Below are positions 56,601 to 64,000 of a stretch of DNA of 64,000 nucleotides, piece after piece (position 1 is the stretch's first letter; every line of letters starts with the position of its first letter). A program made the position numbers and the translations under genes. The DNA is taken from assembly GCF_964204645.1 (NCBI RefSeq), contig NC_134030.1:16058110-16122109 (forward strand), written 5' to 3'. This DNA is from Tubulanus polymorphus. Taxonomy: Eukaryota > Animalia > Nemertea. The notes under the pieces are model-generated. The model worked only from the letters and a program-made list of their open reading frames with translations. It was not told the DNA's origin and searched no databases.

Positions 56601-59600
56601 TTCCCAAAATACAAGGGCGTAGCCACCGGTGCGACAACTGCGACATATGTCGCACCTATAACTGAAAAACCCATTGGGCCTATGCTAAAACGTCATAATA
56701 AACGTTATTCTGTGTTTACATGGGGGGGGGGTATCAAGTTCTTTTGAAGATGTCAGTGGTGCTAATACAGAGGCGTTGGTAATGCACTTGAGATTTTCGG
56801 TGTAGGCCACATCCAACCCAGTGACTCCAGCAAGTTTTGTTTTGTTTTGTTTTACGGTATCACATCTTGACCATGTACCTGATCTCACAGTATCAAAGTT
56901 GCCGAATTCAGAAGACTTTCTTCATATTACTTTAGAGCGACTCAAACCGGTATTCTTCTGGTTATATTTCACAGATTCTGTCGGTGTTTTTTGTTCATGA
57001 AAAATGGACCATAATAAAGGATTTGACCAAAAAAATTCTGCTCAAGTGCCCAGACATGGAAACCGAGAAAATCGAGAGAGTACCGGTATTGATGTACAAT
57101 AAGCTAACATCAGTTTACTACGTATTCATCAATAAATGGTGAAGGGCAGATCCAGCCTACCACTTAGGCTATATCGAGAAGTACTCAGGTTTGCAATTCT
57201 ATTTTTCTAGTTCGTGATTTTGACAAGCTCTTGTACTAACATAAATGTTTTATTCCGGGCAAGTATTCTGGAAGTAGTATGAAAATGGTCTAAATGAATC
57301 TAAACGAAAATAATTAACTTCAAGGGGGATAGATTTTATGCCCCAAATATGCTTAAAGATTGCATCTCAGAGCCTTGAAAAATCAAAATTTTCTAGGGGA
57401 GTGCCCCCAGGTCCCCCGTTTTGTGCTATGATATATTTGCCCTTCCAGTTCAGCAGGACTCAGAAACCGCTCTGGGTTGGTGAAACATCTGGATCCGTCC
57501 CTAGACCATAGATAACCTAAGAGGCATTATATTATCTACAGAAAAATTATTAAAATATGAGCTCTCATAGCCATCAGAATGCATCTCAGACGTTTTAATG
57601 TTCAAAATTTTCTTGGGGGAGGGCCCAAACCCCCTTCTAGATATCGCGCCTTCGGCGCTTGTTTGGATGTGCGCTCCGGATTGTCACACCATTGAATTTT
57701 AGGTGGCTACACCCCTGAAATAACTGGATTCCGTTAAGGACGGATGGACGGACGAATGGATGGACGAACGGAGGACGACGGGCGAAAAGTGAACGCAATA
57801 GCCTGCTGGGACTTAAGTCCCAAGTGGGCTAAAAACCAATGATCTTGAAACTCACCCACAATCATGGAAAATGCTACAAGCTACAATTTTGCAATTCACT
57901 GTGGCTACAAAATAGGCCTATGCCTGGGTACCAATACAATATCAATACAAAGTTATTGAGCTATTATAGCTTTGCAATTGATTATTGATAACAAAATATC
58001 CATGTTCCAGGTACCAATAGAAATAGGCAAATTGCTTCTATATTCTACTCCCCTCGGGGCGAGAACGAAAACCTGGGTAACCCCAATTCCTCGTTTAAGG
58101 AGATCTTATGTCAGTACGCCTTTTAACATTTATCAAATATCACGACTATACGTTAAAACCTGTTGATACTCAACAAAACACCTTTTTCTATTTACAAATG
58201 AGGAGTGCGATGGCACTAAGATGGCTGCCGATTGTCCCACACTTGACTGATCATAGAACCTATCTGATACGTCTAAGAGCAAAGAGCCCTCTCAAAGAAA
58301 AACAGTCACGAATTTCAATGTGAAATGGCAATCCATCTGGGAAACTACAGGTCTTGGAATTCAGGGTAAAAATTACCTTTTTGGCCACATGACAGCACAA
58401 AGGTCACACCAAAGGCATCTAGTGTCTGATCAACCCAATTTTTCTCATACTAATGCACCTTGGGGGGATAAAAAAACATATGCATAGGATCAAGATAGGC
58501 CTAATTGATCAAAGCATTTTTAAAATTTTTTCAAACACTTTAAAAATGTATAATATGTACAGATTTTGGTGAAGATTCTGATCGGGCTTGTTTTCAGGCG
58601 GAAGATGCATCTAGAAAACATTTATAATACCATAGGATATCAAGACAATCCATTGAAACCTGTTTAAAACTTCAAAAATTACTGGATTCCATCTATGGGG
58701 GGATAAAAAGTGAATGCAACAGCCTGCTGGAACTAGTCTCAAGTGGGCTAAAAACTAGTTGATCTTAATTCAATGCGAAGAGATTTATCCTATGACGATG
58801 CACACTAGTCATGGCGGATTTAGGGTAGCTCTACCTCACATGCCTAGCGTGGCACTCAAAAATCCGAAATGCCCTTTTAGGATCAAGGCAGAAAAAAATC
58901 AAAATGAATGTGAAAACTTTTCGAATGTCTTTTCAGGCACAATTTCTTTAGGTAGGTATGTTCATGTCCGCGCGTGGCGCCACTATCGATTGTGACGACC
59001 ATTATTGATTAGGAAAAGTGTGATGCGCGTTTTTACTACGCGTTTTGACATCGCGTAGTGAAATCATTCATAAAACCTGTCTATCAATGCAAATGAGCTA
59101 AAATCTTTTGGAATCAACCAATAAGATCGATCTTTATCACTTGGGGGTTGGTTTAGTGTATAAATCCGCATTTTAGTCGAAGAAAATAGAAATCGAAATA
59201 TACCCTTTTTCAAGAGCAAAATTCGTCAGCTTAGGACCCGGAATAAGCGACGAATCATCAGGAATCGGAAGGTTTAGGATCTTAAAATTCAAATACTGAA
59301 GACCGCATGATTTTATTTCGTGTCGGGGCTGAGCAATCGCTGCCGGAAAAGTCGATGTCTAAGTTTTGCGTTGAAGCGAGCGATACAAAATGGCGGCCGG
59401 CACTTGTTATTGAATGACGATGCGCCGTGTTGCTCGTGATGAGATCAATATTCAACAATTATTCATCGGTCTAGCGGTGAATTATTGTATTTATTTTCCG
59501 ATTCATAATTATTCATCACTATATTTCTGAATATTAGGATAGATTTAGCGAAATGATCGGCAATTTTTTTGCGCGCGGATCGCCACTACGCTCCCGTCGG

Positions 59601-61444
59601 TAAAGCGGCTGTTGAAAGAGGGAGGCGTCTAATGGGATGAATTGAGGCTTGTGACGGGCAAAAATAGAGGCGCGTGATGGGACAGTGAGGCTCCCGAGGG
59701 GATTTTCCAAAAGCAGCAAAATTGAAATATATATAAAATATTGTTGAAATTTAGCTCAAAACAAAACAAATGGATTATTATTTAGTTATTATTAGTAGTA
59801 TTATTACTATTGCTTGGTTAATGTTTCTAAACTGATTGATTTTATTATGATATCATGAATATATTTCAAATTTCAGCGTTTTGAGCTAGGCCAAGCCTAA
59901 TTTTCTGCTTTTCTTAACTAAAATTCATTTAGCAAATCATATATAAAATTGGTATATTAAAATCAATTTGCAATAGGAGCCTATGGCTATAGACCTAACT
60001 GACAGGCCTTGATAATCATGTTTATTCATTTCAAAAATTATGTAGTGAAAAAAGTAATTTCATCTGAAATCATATCTATATTTCTCAATATTTCACATTT
60101 TTTCTTGCCGTTACCATGGAAACCTAATAATAATAATCTATATAATAATAGATATTCCTAGATAAACTTAGGGCAAACATAAACTATTGATAACTAGTTA
60201 TTCTATCCTTTTTCTACATCATAACTTTTGATCTAACATCGATATTTTCATTATTTTACCATTTTTCGGCTGGTTTCCATGGAAACCATAGGCATTTGGA
60301 ATCAGATACAAATTTTGGGTCTTTCAACTGTCACCTGAAAGTGCTATGAGTGTATTGCTCTTTAAATTTCTAATCTATCTCTTTTAGTTTAAGAGATATT
60401 GAAGTTTGTTTACATGAAATATTGCCTTCTTAGATCACAGTTTTTGTGTATTGAAACATGAAGACACTTTTCGCTCAAATTTTCAAACTTCAATTTGCGA
60501 TATCTCAAAAACTACAGAAGATAGGCCTAATTCAAAAATTTAAAAAGCATATTGTTATTTGAGCCCTCCCCATTCCAACAAGCTTTCTTTCAGTAAGATT
60601 GGAGCTATTTGAATTTTCTATGGATATAGGCCTAGCTACTTTAGGGTGTGCCTCAAACAATTGTTTCTTTAGGGGCCCAAATGGTGTTTGGGGTCCTCGA
60701 TGGTATTCAATTGTACGTTTTCAGAAAGGGCAGTCTAAAAGTGTGAAAAGGGCCTTAGAATAGACTGAATATGTTGAATCAAAAGCAATTGAAGAAAAGA
60801 AAGAATATTACAAGAATCAATAGAAATTTCTTGCCTTGGGACATTAAAAGATAGGCCCTAATGCCGAAACAGGTAGGCGGATTTTGAAATATGACAGCAA
60901 TTCACAGCCAGAAAAGGCAAAATTGAATCTTATTTTTACTGTAATGGGCAAAATAGGGCATCTGTTTTTAGCTTAATTTAGCTTAATAAAGAGAATCAAG
61001 TAATTTATTCTATATGGCCTTAAAAACCTGTCTACATTATTGGGACTTAAAAACCTGTCCCTCTTCTTGATTGATTGTAGTACGAAATTGTAGGCCTAGA
61101 GCCTACACTAGGGCCTAGGCTACTTGTTTTGTGTACGTAGTAGGCAAGGCCTCTGTCTGCGTAGTACCGGTCCGGTACCGTAGAGTAGGCATGGGCTACG
61201 GTCTCCAGTAGTTAGTTACCATTATCATTACTTAACTGTTAGGCCTAAAAGTTTTTATAATCGGATTTTATCTAAAAAAGGAGGATGTGATAGTGAAAAC
61301 ATACGATCGTGAAACTATTAGGCTAAATCATCCCCCAGAGAGAGAAGAGCTCTACATACAAGTGTTGTTAGAGGTTACGTGACAAATTGAAAAGGATATG
61401 AAAGGCCGCAGACGAACGGCAACTTTTAGATTCTCTTCGCTCAT
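2534..61444 (-). CDS. KIF28: Kinesin-3 family motor, KIF28/KLP-6-like; 11 coding exons in window, 3' end outside window
   Basis: Exons 61444-61400, 49444-49232, 39005-38873, 38632-38553, 34965-34854, 21993-21774, 19769-19639, 15362-15292, 14160-14100, 7558-7355, 2661-2534 join in one frame with matching phases (0,0,1,0,1,2,1,0,1,1). Motifs: [22 protein letters not shown]-loop [19 protein letters not shown], switch I NATSSRAH, switch [33 protein letters not shown], neck [21 protein letters not shown]28 subfamily is from recalled similarity, not a search. Confidence 0.9.
4091..4675. mobile_element. hAT-like MITE with 6-bp TSD
   Basis: TIRs CAAGGCTGCAAATAA / TTATTTACAGCCTTG; flanked by CTATAG on both sides; inserted in a GTGTTCACT..AGAGG motif of an older pogo-type MITE ending at about 5130. 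Confidence 0.75.
5771..7051. mobile_element. Non-autonomous DNA transposon, perfect 16-bp TIRs, 5-bp TSD
   Basis: CAGTGCTTCATCTAGC / GCTAGATGAAGCACTG, AAGTT on both sides; AGGGC-rich right subterminus; interior 5791-6675 is an inverted copy of 20564-21444. Confidence 0.88.
7355..7558 (-). CDS. KIF28: Kinesin exon 10 ([29 protein letters not shown]... poly-Asp)
   Basis: aacag| acceptor, |gtaagg donor; 204 nt; kinesin-3 neck. Confidence 0.93.
8020..8490 (+). mobile_element. Decayed CR1/L2-like LINE RT fragment
   Basis: Frameshifted translation gives DWT...DFx[15 protein letters not shown]...LKWLSSF...TSGV.Q.S.L...LF...DLNK...W...WKLTFN.KK. Confidence 0.7.
8505..9240. repeat. Degenerate array of (T)TCGA(A/T)CGAAAA / GTTCGA motifs, probably a TE interior
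   Basis: Dozens of short TTCGAAC/TCGATCGA palindromic cores spaced about 20-25 bp apart. Confidence 0.6.
11778..12175 (-). mobile_element. Helentron-like non-autonomous element, copy A (partial)
   Basis: Starts AAATAAATTGCCCATGTGCAAAGTGGTTTACCTTG like copies B and D; shared internal blocks. Confidence 0.65.
14100..14160 (-). CDS. KIF28: Kinesin exon 9 ([20 protein letters not shown])
   Basis: ttgtag| acceptor, |gtaaga donor; 61 nt. Confidence 0.95.
15292..15362 (-). CDS. KIF28: Kinesin exon 8 ([24 protein letters not shown])
   Basis: tttcag| acceptor, |gtaaat donor; 71 nt. Confidence 0.95.
15902..16227. mobile_element. hAT-like MITE with 5-bp TSD
   Basis: CAGGCACGGATTCAG / CTGGATCCGACCCTG; CTATT on both sides. 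Confidence 0.75.
16335..16380. repeat. (ATA)n microsatellite
   Basis: Direct observation. Confidence 0.9.
19639..19769 (-). CDS. KIF28: Kinesin exon 7 ([31 protein letters not shown]...)
   Basis: tgcag| acceptor, |gtactc donor; 131 nt. Confidence 0.95.
20564..21444 (-). repeat. About 880-bp inverted copy of 5791-6675
   Basis: Reverse complement aligns end to end with scattered substitutions and two small indels; no TIRs at its borders. Confidence 0.93.
21774..21993 (-). CDS. KIF28: Kinesin exon 6 (switch I NATSSRAH ... NLVDLAG)
   Basis: ttgtag| acceptor, |gtactc donor; 220 nt. Confidence 0.95.
23351..24380 (-). mobile_element. Helentron-like non-autonomous element (HINE/DINE-type), copy B
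   Basis: Minus strand: TTTTT-GGTTTACCTT ... AAGGTAAACCA followed by palindrome TTGCCCATGGGCAA and a T-rich end; no TSD. Confidence 0.75.
25883..27077 (-). pseudogene. DIRS tyrosine recombinase (frameshifted)
   Basis: [40 protein letters not shown] (catalytic R), [23 protein letters not shown] (HxxR) in the next frame. Confidence 0.9.
26945..28210 (-). pseudogene. DIRS pol: RT, RNase H and N6-adenine methyltransferase-like domain (frameshifted)
   Basis: [81 protein letters not shown]. Confidence 0.92.
28213..30585 (-). mobile_element. Helentron-like element copy C (truncated) nested in DIRS, itself carrying two MITE insertions
   Basis: Colinear with copies B and D, ends CTGACAAAGGTAAACCAAAAA; interrupted at about 28381-28800 and 29089-29982. 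Confidence 0.75.
29089..29982. mobile_element. hAT-like MITE with 6-bp TSD
   Basis: CAGTGTTGCCAG / CTGGCAACACTG; TTCATG on both sides; paralogous empty site in copy B; TTCCGGAA subterminal repeats. Confidence 0.85.
32355..33097 (+). mobile_element. Helentron-like non-autonomous element with internal CAAGATGGC-containing repeats
   Basis: Begins AACAGGAGGCCCACGGGCCT; homologous copy at about 17570-18070. Confidence 0.55.
33964..34382. mobile_element. Tc1/mariner-pogo-type MITE
   Basis: TA-CAGTGGAACTGGCGTAAGTCGGAC / GTCCGAATTACGCCAGTTCTACTTG-TA. Confidence 0.8.
34854..34965 (-). CDS. KIF28: Kinesin exon 5 ([17 protein letters not shown]...RQHPKKGFF)
   Basis: gacag| acceptor, |gtaaat donor; 112 nt. 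Confidence 0.95.
35079..35640. mobile_element. MITE (related truncated copy at about 28381-28800)
   Basis: AATAATTTGTTTGCAGCAACAC / GTGACGGCAAACAGACAATTATTT imperfect inverted ends; colinear with 28381-28780. Confidence 0.55.
35813..36751. mobile_element. Foldback MITE with ~85-bp imperfect TIRs
   Basis: TGGTAAC...GCAGAATAGCGTGTCTCGAGTATTTGTGGA is the reverse complement of TCCATAAATACTTGAGACACACTATTCTGTGC...GTTAACCA; CCTTGA on both sides. Confidence 0.65.
36850..37677. mobile_element. Mutator-like (MULE) MITE
   Basis: TIR GGTTTTGTCAAATCGCGGAATCACGGAATCGC / GCGATTCCGTCATTCCGCGATATGACAACACC; 9-10 bp TSD AATTTAAGC(C). Confidence 0.8.
38553..38632 (-). CDS. KIF28: Kinesin exon 4 ([11 protein letters not shown]...VEYE)
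   Basis: ttcaag| acceptor, |gtaagt donor; 80 nt. Confidence 0.93.
38873..39005 (-). CDS. KIF28: Kinesin exon 3 (P-loop: [23 protein letters not shown])
   Basis: ttgcag| acceptor, |gtatgt donor; 133 nt. Confidence 0.95.
39270..40970 (-). mobile_element. Second, heavily deleted DIRS-type relic
   Basis: YR pieces ([35 protein letters not shown]) homologous to 26067-26400; RT N-terminus [28 protein letters not shown]; ALSR..WAIPGEW. Confidence 0.8.
40972..43010 (-). mobile_element. Helentron-like element copy D (with ~870-bp insertion 41241-42112)
   Basis: Same ends as copy B (TTGCCCATGGGCAA hairpin; AAGGTAAACCAAAAA). Confidence 0.75.
43160..48198 (+). mobile_element. Full-length pogo/Fot-like (Tc1-mariner/pogo superfamily) DNA transposon
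   Basis: Perfect 25-bp TIRs GGGTAACTCCACGTAATTTCGGAAG, TA on both sides, subterminal CATAATTTCGGAA repeats at both ends, transposase gene inside. Confidence 0.95.
43933..47260 (+). CDS. DD35D pogo-type transposase (HTH-psq, CENP-B-type HTH, DDE_1, C-terminal extension); 13 exons, about 640 aa
   Basis: Exons 43933-44244, 44322-44554, 44911-45115, 45201-45388, 45460-45706, 45784-45834, 45929-45958, 46220-46280, 46362-46552, 46635-46667, 46744-46820, 46892-46958, 47033-47260; all introns GT-AG; 1923 nt with no internal stop; [26 protein letters not shown] with 35 residues between D2 and D3. Exons 6-12 are less certain than 1-5. Confidence 0.88.
49232..49444 (-). CDS. KIF28: Kinesin exon 2 ([10 protein letters not shown]...[12 protein letters not shown]...KFCDQ)
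   Basis: Preceded by ...TTTTTAC acceptor, ends CAG|GTAGG; 213 nt, phase 0/0. Confidence 0.92.
50700..51432. repeat. ~154-bp tandem repeat, about 5 copies (relics also at 52380-52600 and 57836-58060)
   Basis: CAACGCCCCCTGGTGACCATAT recurs at 50706, 50860, 51014, 51167 and 51320. Confidence 0.9.
51470..52053 (+). mobile_element. Helentron-like non-autonomous element with (GACG)n and terminal hairpin
   Basis: GACGGACAGACGGACG...AATAGCCCGCTGGGACTAAAGTCCCCAGTGGGCTAAAAA; same end at 57835 and 58755. Confidence 0.7.
53422..54040. repeat. ~300-bp tandem duplication inside the SDR element
   Basis: 53422-53712 vs 53741-54040. Confidence 0.9.
54300..54530. repeat. 34-bp minisatellite (TTGGCGCAAAATCTTCACTGCCCAACCTCACTAG), about 6 copies
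   Basis: Direct observation. Confidence 0.9.
55762..56073 (+). pseudogene. SGNH/GDSL hydrolase-like ORF remnant
   Basis: VLLGDSM (block I), HPG (block II), VVAHGMNHV (block III GxN) with typical spacing; no methionine start, upstream ORF 55510-55713 may be a frameshifted N-terminus. Confidence 0.65.
56612..57717. mobile_element. hAT-like MITE with 5-bp TSD inserted into a Helentron-like element
   Basis: CAAGGGCGTAGCCACC / GGTGGCTACACCCCTG; AAATA on both sides; empty site paralog at about 51944-51965. Confidence 0.82.
61400..61444 (-). CDS. KIF28: Kinesin exon 1 ([15 protein letters not shown])
   Basis: ATG at 61444; canonical kinesin N-terminal KVAVRxRP; followed by U12 donor ATATCCTTTT. 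Confidence 0.92.
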
Positions 61445-61758
61445 CTTTGTTTATTCTCTGTGAAGGTTTAGTCCAGATTTGTGTCTTTTTTGCACCTGTT
61501 GACCCCCGCCACGACTTGGTTCGCGGAAGCCGGACAGTGTCGGTGGACGCCGACGGGTAGGCCTACCCTTCTCTAGCTTGCGTTGCGGGTAACGCGGTGC
61601 GCGGTGGCAGATATCTTCTGGATTCGACTTCGTCTCTCGTTTACAAAGTTTAAGCGTGTTTGTTGTTTATTAAGCCCTAAATTCGAAATATTCCAGCCTT
61701 CTGAATTAAAGCATAGGCCTAATAAAATACAGGGTGAATGGTGGATCGCAAACGCTCT

Positions 61759-61773
61759 GTTGCCAATGGAAAC
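61759..61773. promoter_or_regulatory. RFX X-box-like motif upstream of kinesin ATG
   Basis: GTTGCCAATGGAAAC 315 bp upstream of the ATG in a CpG-richer region; second looser GTTGCGGGTAAC at 61582-61593. Confidence 0.5.
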
Positions 61774-62680
61774 TGGTAAACGGCAATTTGATGTTTGGGC
61801 TCCTACTAAATACTGACTGGAGCCGACTGGAACCGACCGGAGACGACTGGAAACCGACTGGAGCTCCAATCGAAAATAAATGAAGACAAGAATGTTCATC
61901 AATAACATAATCATTTTATTAACATTATTTCTATACATGACGATGAAACTTTTAATTTTTTTTCAAGTTCAATAGACAATAGAAATTATTTTCTTATTAT
62001 ATTTCTATCATCTATCCATATGAGTTGCATATGAGCTATCCACGTTCCCGTCTCGACCCGTTACTGTCTCGACCCGTTCCCGTCCCGACCCTACCGTACA
62101 ATAGCGCCACCGCAGTCGATAATTTGAACTAAAACACTTCGGCGCGTATCGGATTCGTTTTTCGCATGTTATAAATGGTTGAAGAACGATCAGTGAAACA
62201 TACCAACAATTCTAAAAAGTCAATTAGATTTTATAAAACTTTTCATTAAAAAGATCGAATGAAGAAAACGCCTCCAATGTCAACAGAGGTAAAAATTCAA
62301 GATGCGAAGTTAGCAATTTCCAGTCGAGATTTCCTCCCAGAATATTACTGAAGTGGGTTTAAACTGTTTTCAAATGTAATGTTGAATAAATCATACGAGT
62401 TTAATTATTTTGGTTTCAAGTTTCAAATGATATCAACTTTCGGCTTCAAATCTCTCAAAACTCAGTTCTAAAAATGACCCCTCTCGGCCGGGGGCATTTT
62501 GTTTAGGGTACATTTTATTTTGCCATTAATCAGTTCGAATTCATCAAATTTATGAAGAAAATTAATGTATGAATTTTGCAAAAAAATAAAGATGATTGTT
62601 AAATTTATAACGCGTTGTCTTTCTCTACCAGATCCCGTCGGTCTTTCTCCGATGGACATGTTCCGGTCTCGACCCGTCAC

Positions 62681-64000
62681 CTGTCTCTACTCTCTAGACA
62701 GTCCCGTGGACGCTATGTTCCCGTCTCGACCCTTCACATCTGTCTCTACTCTCTACACAGTCCCGCGGACACTATGTTCCCGTCTCGACCCTTCAAATCT
62801 GTCTCTACTCTCTACACAGTCCCGTGGACCCTATGTTCCCGTCTCGACCCCTCACATCTGTCTCTACTCTCTACACAGTCCCGTGGACCCTATGTTACTG
62901 TCTCGACCCTTCACATCTATCTCTACTCTCTGCACAGTCCCGCGGACACTATGTTCCCGTCTCGACCCTTCAAATCTGTCTCTACTCTCTACACAGTCCC
63001 GCGGACACTATGTTCCCGTCTCGACCCTTCAAATCTGTCTCTACTCTCTAGACAGTCCCGTGGACGCTATGTTCCCGTCTCGACCCTTCACATCTATCTC
63101 TACTCTCTGCACAGTCCCGCGGACACTATGTTCCCGTCTCGACCCTTCAAATCTGTCTCTACTCTCTACACAGTCCCGCGGACACTATGTTCCCGTCTCG
63201 ACCCTTCAAATCTGTCTCTACTCTCTAGACAGTCCCGTGGACGCTATGTTCCCGTCTCGACCCTTCACATCTGTCTCTACTCTCTACACAGTCCCGCGGA
63301 CACTATGTTCCCGTCTCGACCCTTCACATCTGTCTCTACTCTCTACACAGTCCCGTGGACCCTATGTTACTGTCTCGACCCTTCACATCTATCTCTACTC
63401 TCTACACAGTCCCGTGGACGCAATGTTCCCGTCTCGACCCTTCAAAACTGTCTCTACCCTCTACACAGTCCCGCGGACACTATGTTCCCGTCTCGACCCT
63501 TCACATCTATCTCTACTCTCTACACAGTCCCGTGGACGCAATGTTCCCGTCTCGACCCTTCAAAACTGTCTCTACCCTCTACACAGTCCCGCGGACACTA
63601 TGTTCCCGTCTCGACCCTTCAAATCTGTCTCTACTCTCTACACAGTCCCGCGGACACTATGTTCCTGTCTCGACCCTTCAAATCTGTCTCTACTCTCTAC
63701 ACAGTCCCGTGGACACTATGTTCCCGTCTCGACCCTTCAAAACTGTCTCTACTCTCTACACAGTCCCGCGGACGCTATGTTCCCGTCTCGACCCTTCAAA
63801 ACTGTCTCTACCCTCTACACAGTCCCGCGGACACTATGTTCCCGTCTCGACCCTTCACATCTATCTCTACTCTCTACACAGTCCCGTGGACGCAATGTTC
63901 CCGTCTCGACCCTTCAAAACTGTCTCTACCCTCTACACAGTCCCGCGGACACTATGTTCCCGTCTCGACCCTTCAAATCTGTCTCTACTCTCTACACAGT
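62681..64000. repeat. 59-bp tandem satellite/minisatellite, at least 22 copies, runs off window
   Basis: Unit CTGTCTCTACTCTCTACACAGTCCCGCGGACACTATGTTCCCGTCTCGACCCTTCAAAT with few variants. Confidence 0.97.

Larger units (their letters stand above)
49445..61399 (-). other. U12-type (minor spliceosome) AT-AC intron 1 of the kinesin gene
   Basis: 5' end ATATCCTTTT (61399-61390); 3' end TTCTCTTTAACTCATAATTTTTAC with branch-site-like CTTTAAC about 14 nt from the AC; splicing restores RPF|NKRE; no in-frame AG alternative preserves the motif. Confidence 0.92.

Noticed and set aside
60110-60286. Two perfect X-boxes (GTTACCATGGAAAC, GTTTCCATGGAAAC) in intron 1
   Set aside because: They lie within what looks like a MITE-type repeat (about 58934-60654) in which such palindromes are common; no evidence of regulatory use
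61573-61938. 121-aa and 77-aa ORFs upstream of the kinesin
   Set aside because: No recognisable protein features; region better explained as promoter/5'UTR (possible UTR intron about 61460-61567, unverified)
62681-64000. CRISPR-like array
   Set aside because: The whole 59-bp unit repeats with no unique spacers; eukaryotic context and no cas genes

Overview
AT-rich, repeat-dense animal (invertebrate-type) genomic DNA, not prokaryotic. One host gene spans almost the whole window on the minus strand: a kinesin-3 of the KIF28/KLP-6 type. I could splice 11 coding exons in frame, from ATG 61444 to about 2534 (about 466 aa: motor domain, neck and first coiled coil); the gene continues past the left edge. 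Its first intron (49445-61399, about 12 kb) is a minor-spliceosome AT-AC intron, and an RFX X-box-like motif lies upstream of the ATG. The introns hold many mobile elements. (i) An apparently intact 5.0-kb pogo/Fot-like DD35D transposon with perfect 25-bp TIRs, whose transposase is split into 13 coding exons. (ii) A decayed DIRS1-type tyrosine-recombinase retroelement with both ITRs and its internal complementary region still readable, plus a second DIRS relic. (iii) A 1.7-kb non-coding element with Ngaro-type split direct repeats and an att-like palindrome, inserted without a TSD into a Gypsy RT. (iv) An SGNH-hydrolase ORF downstream of the Gypsy integrase. (v) Helentron-like non-autonomous elements, many MITEs with 5-, 6- or 9/10-bp TSDs, a CR1-like fragment and several tandem arrays, including a 59-bp satellite at the right edge. 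All calls were made by eye; no database searches were run.
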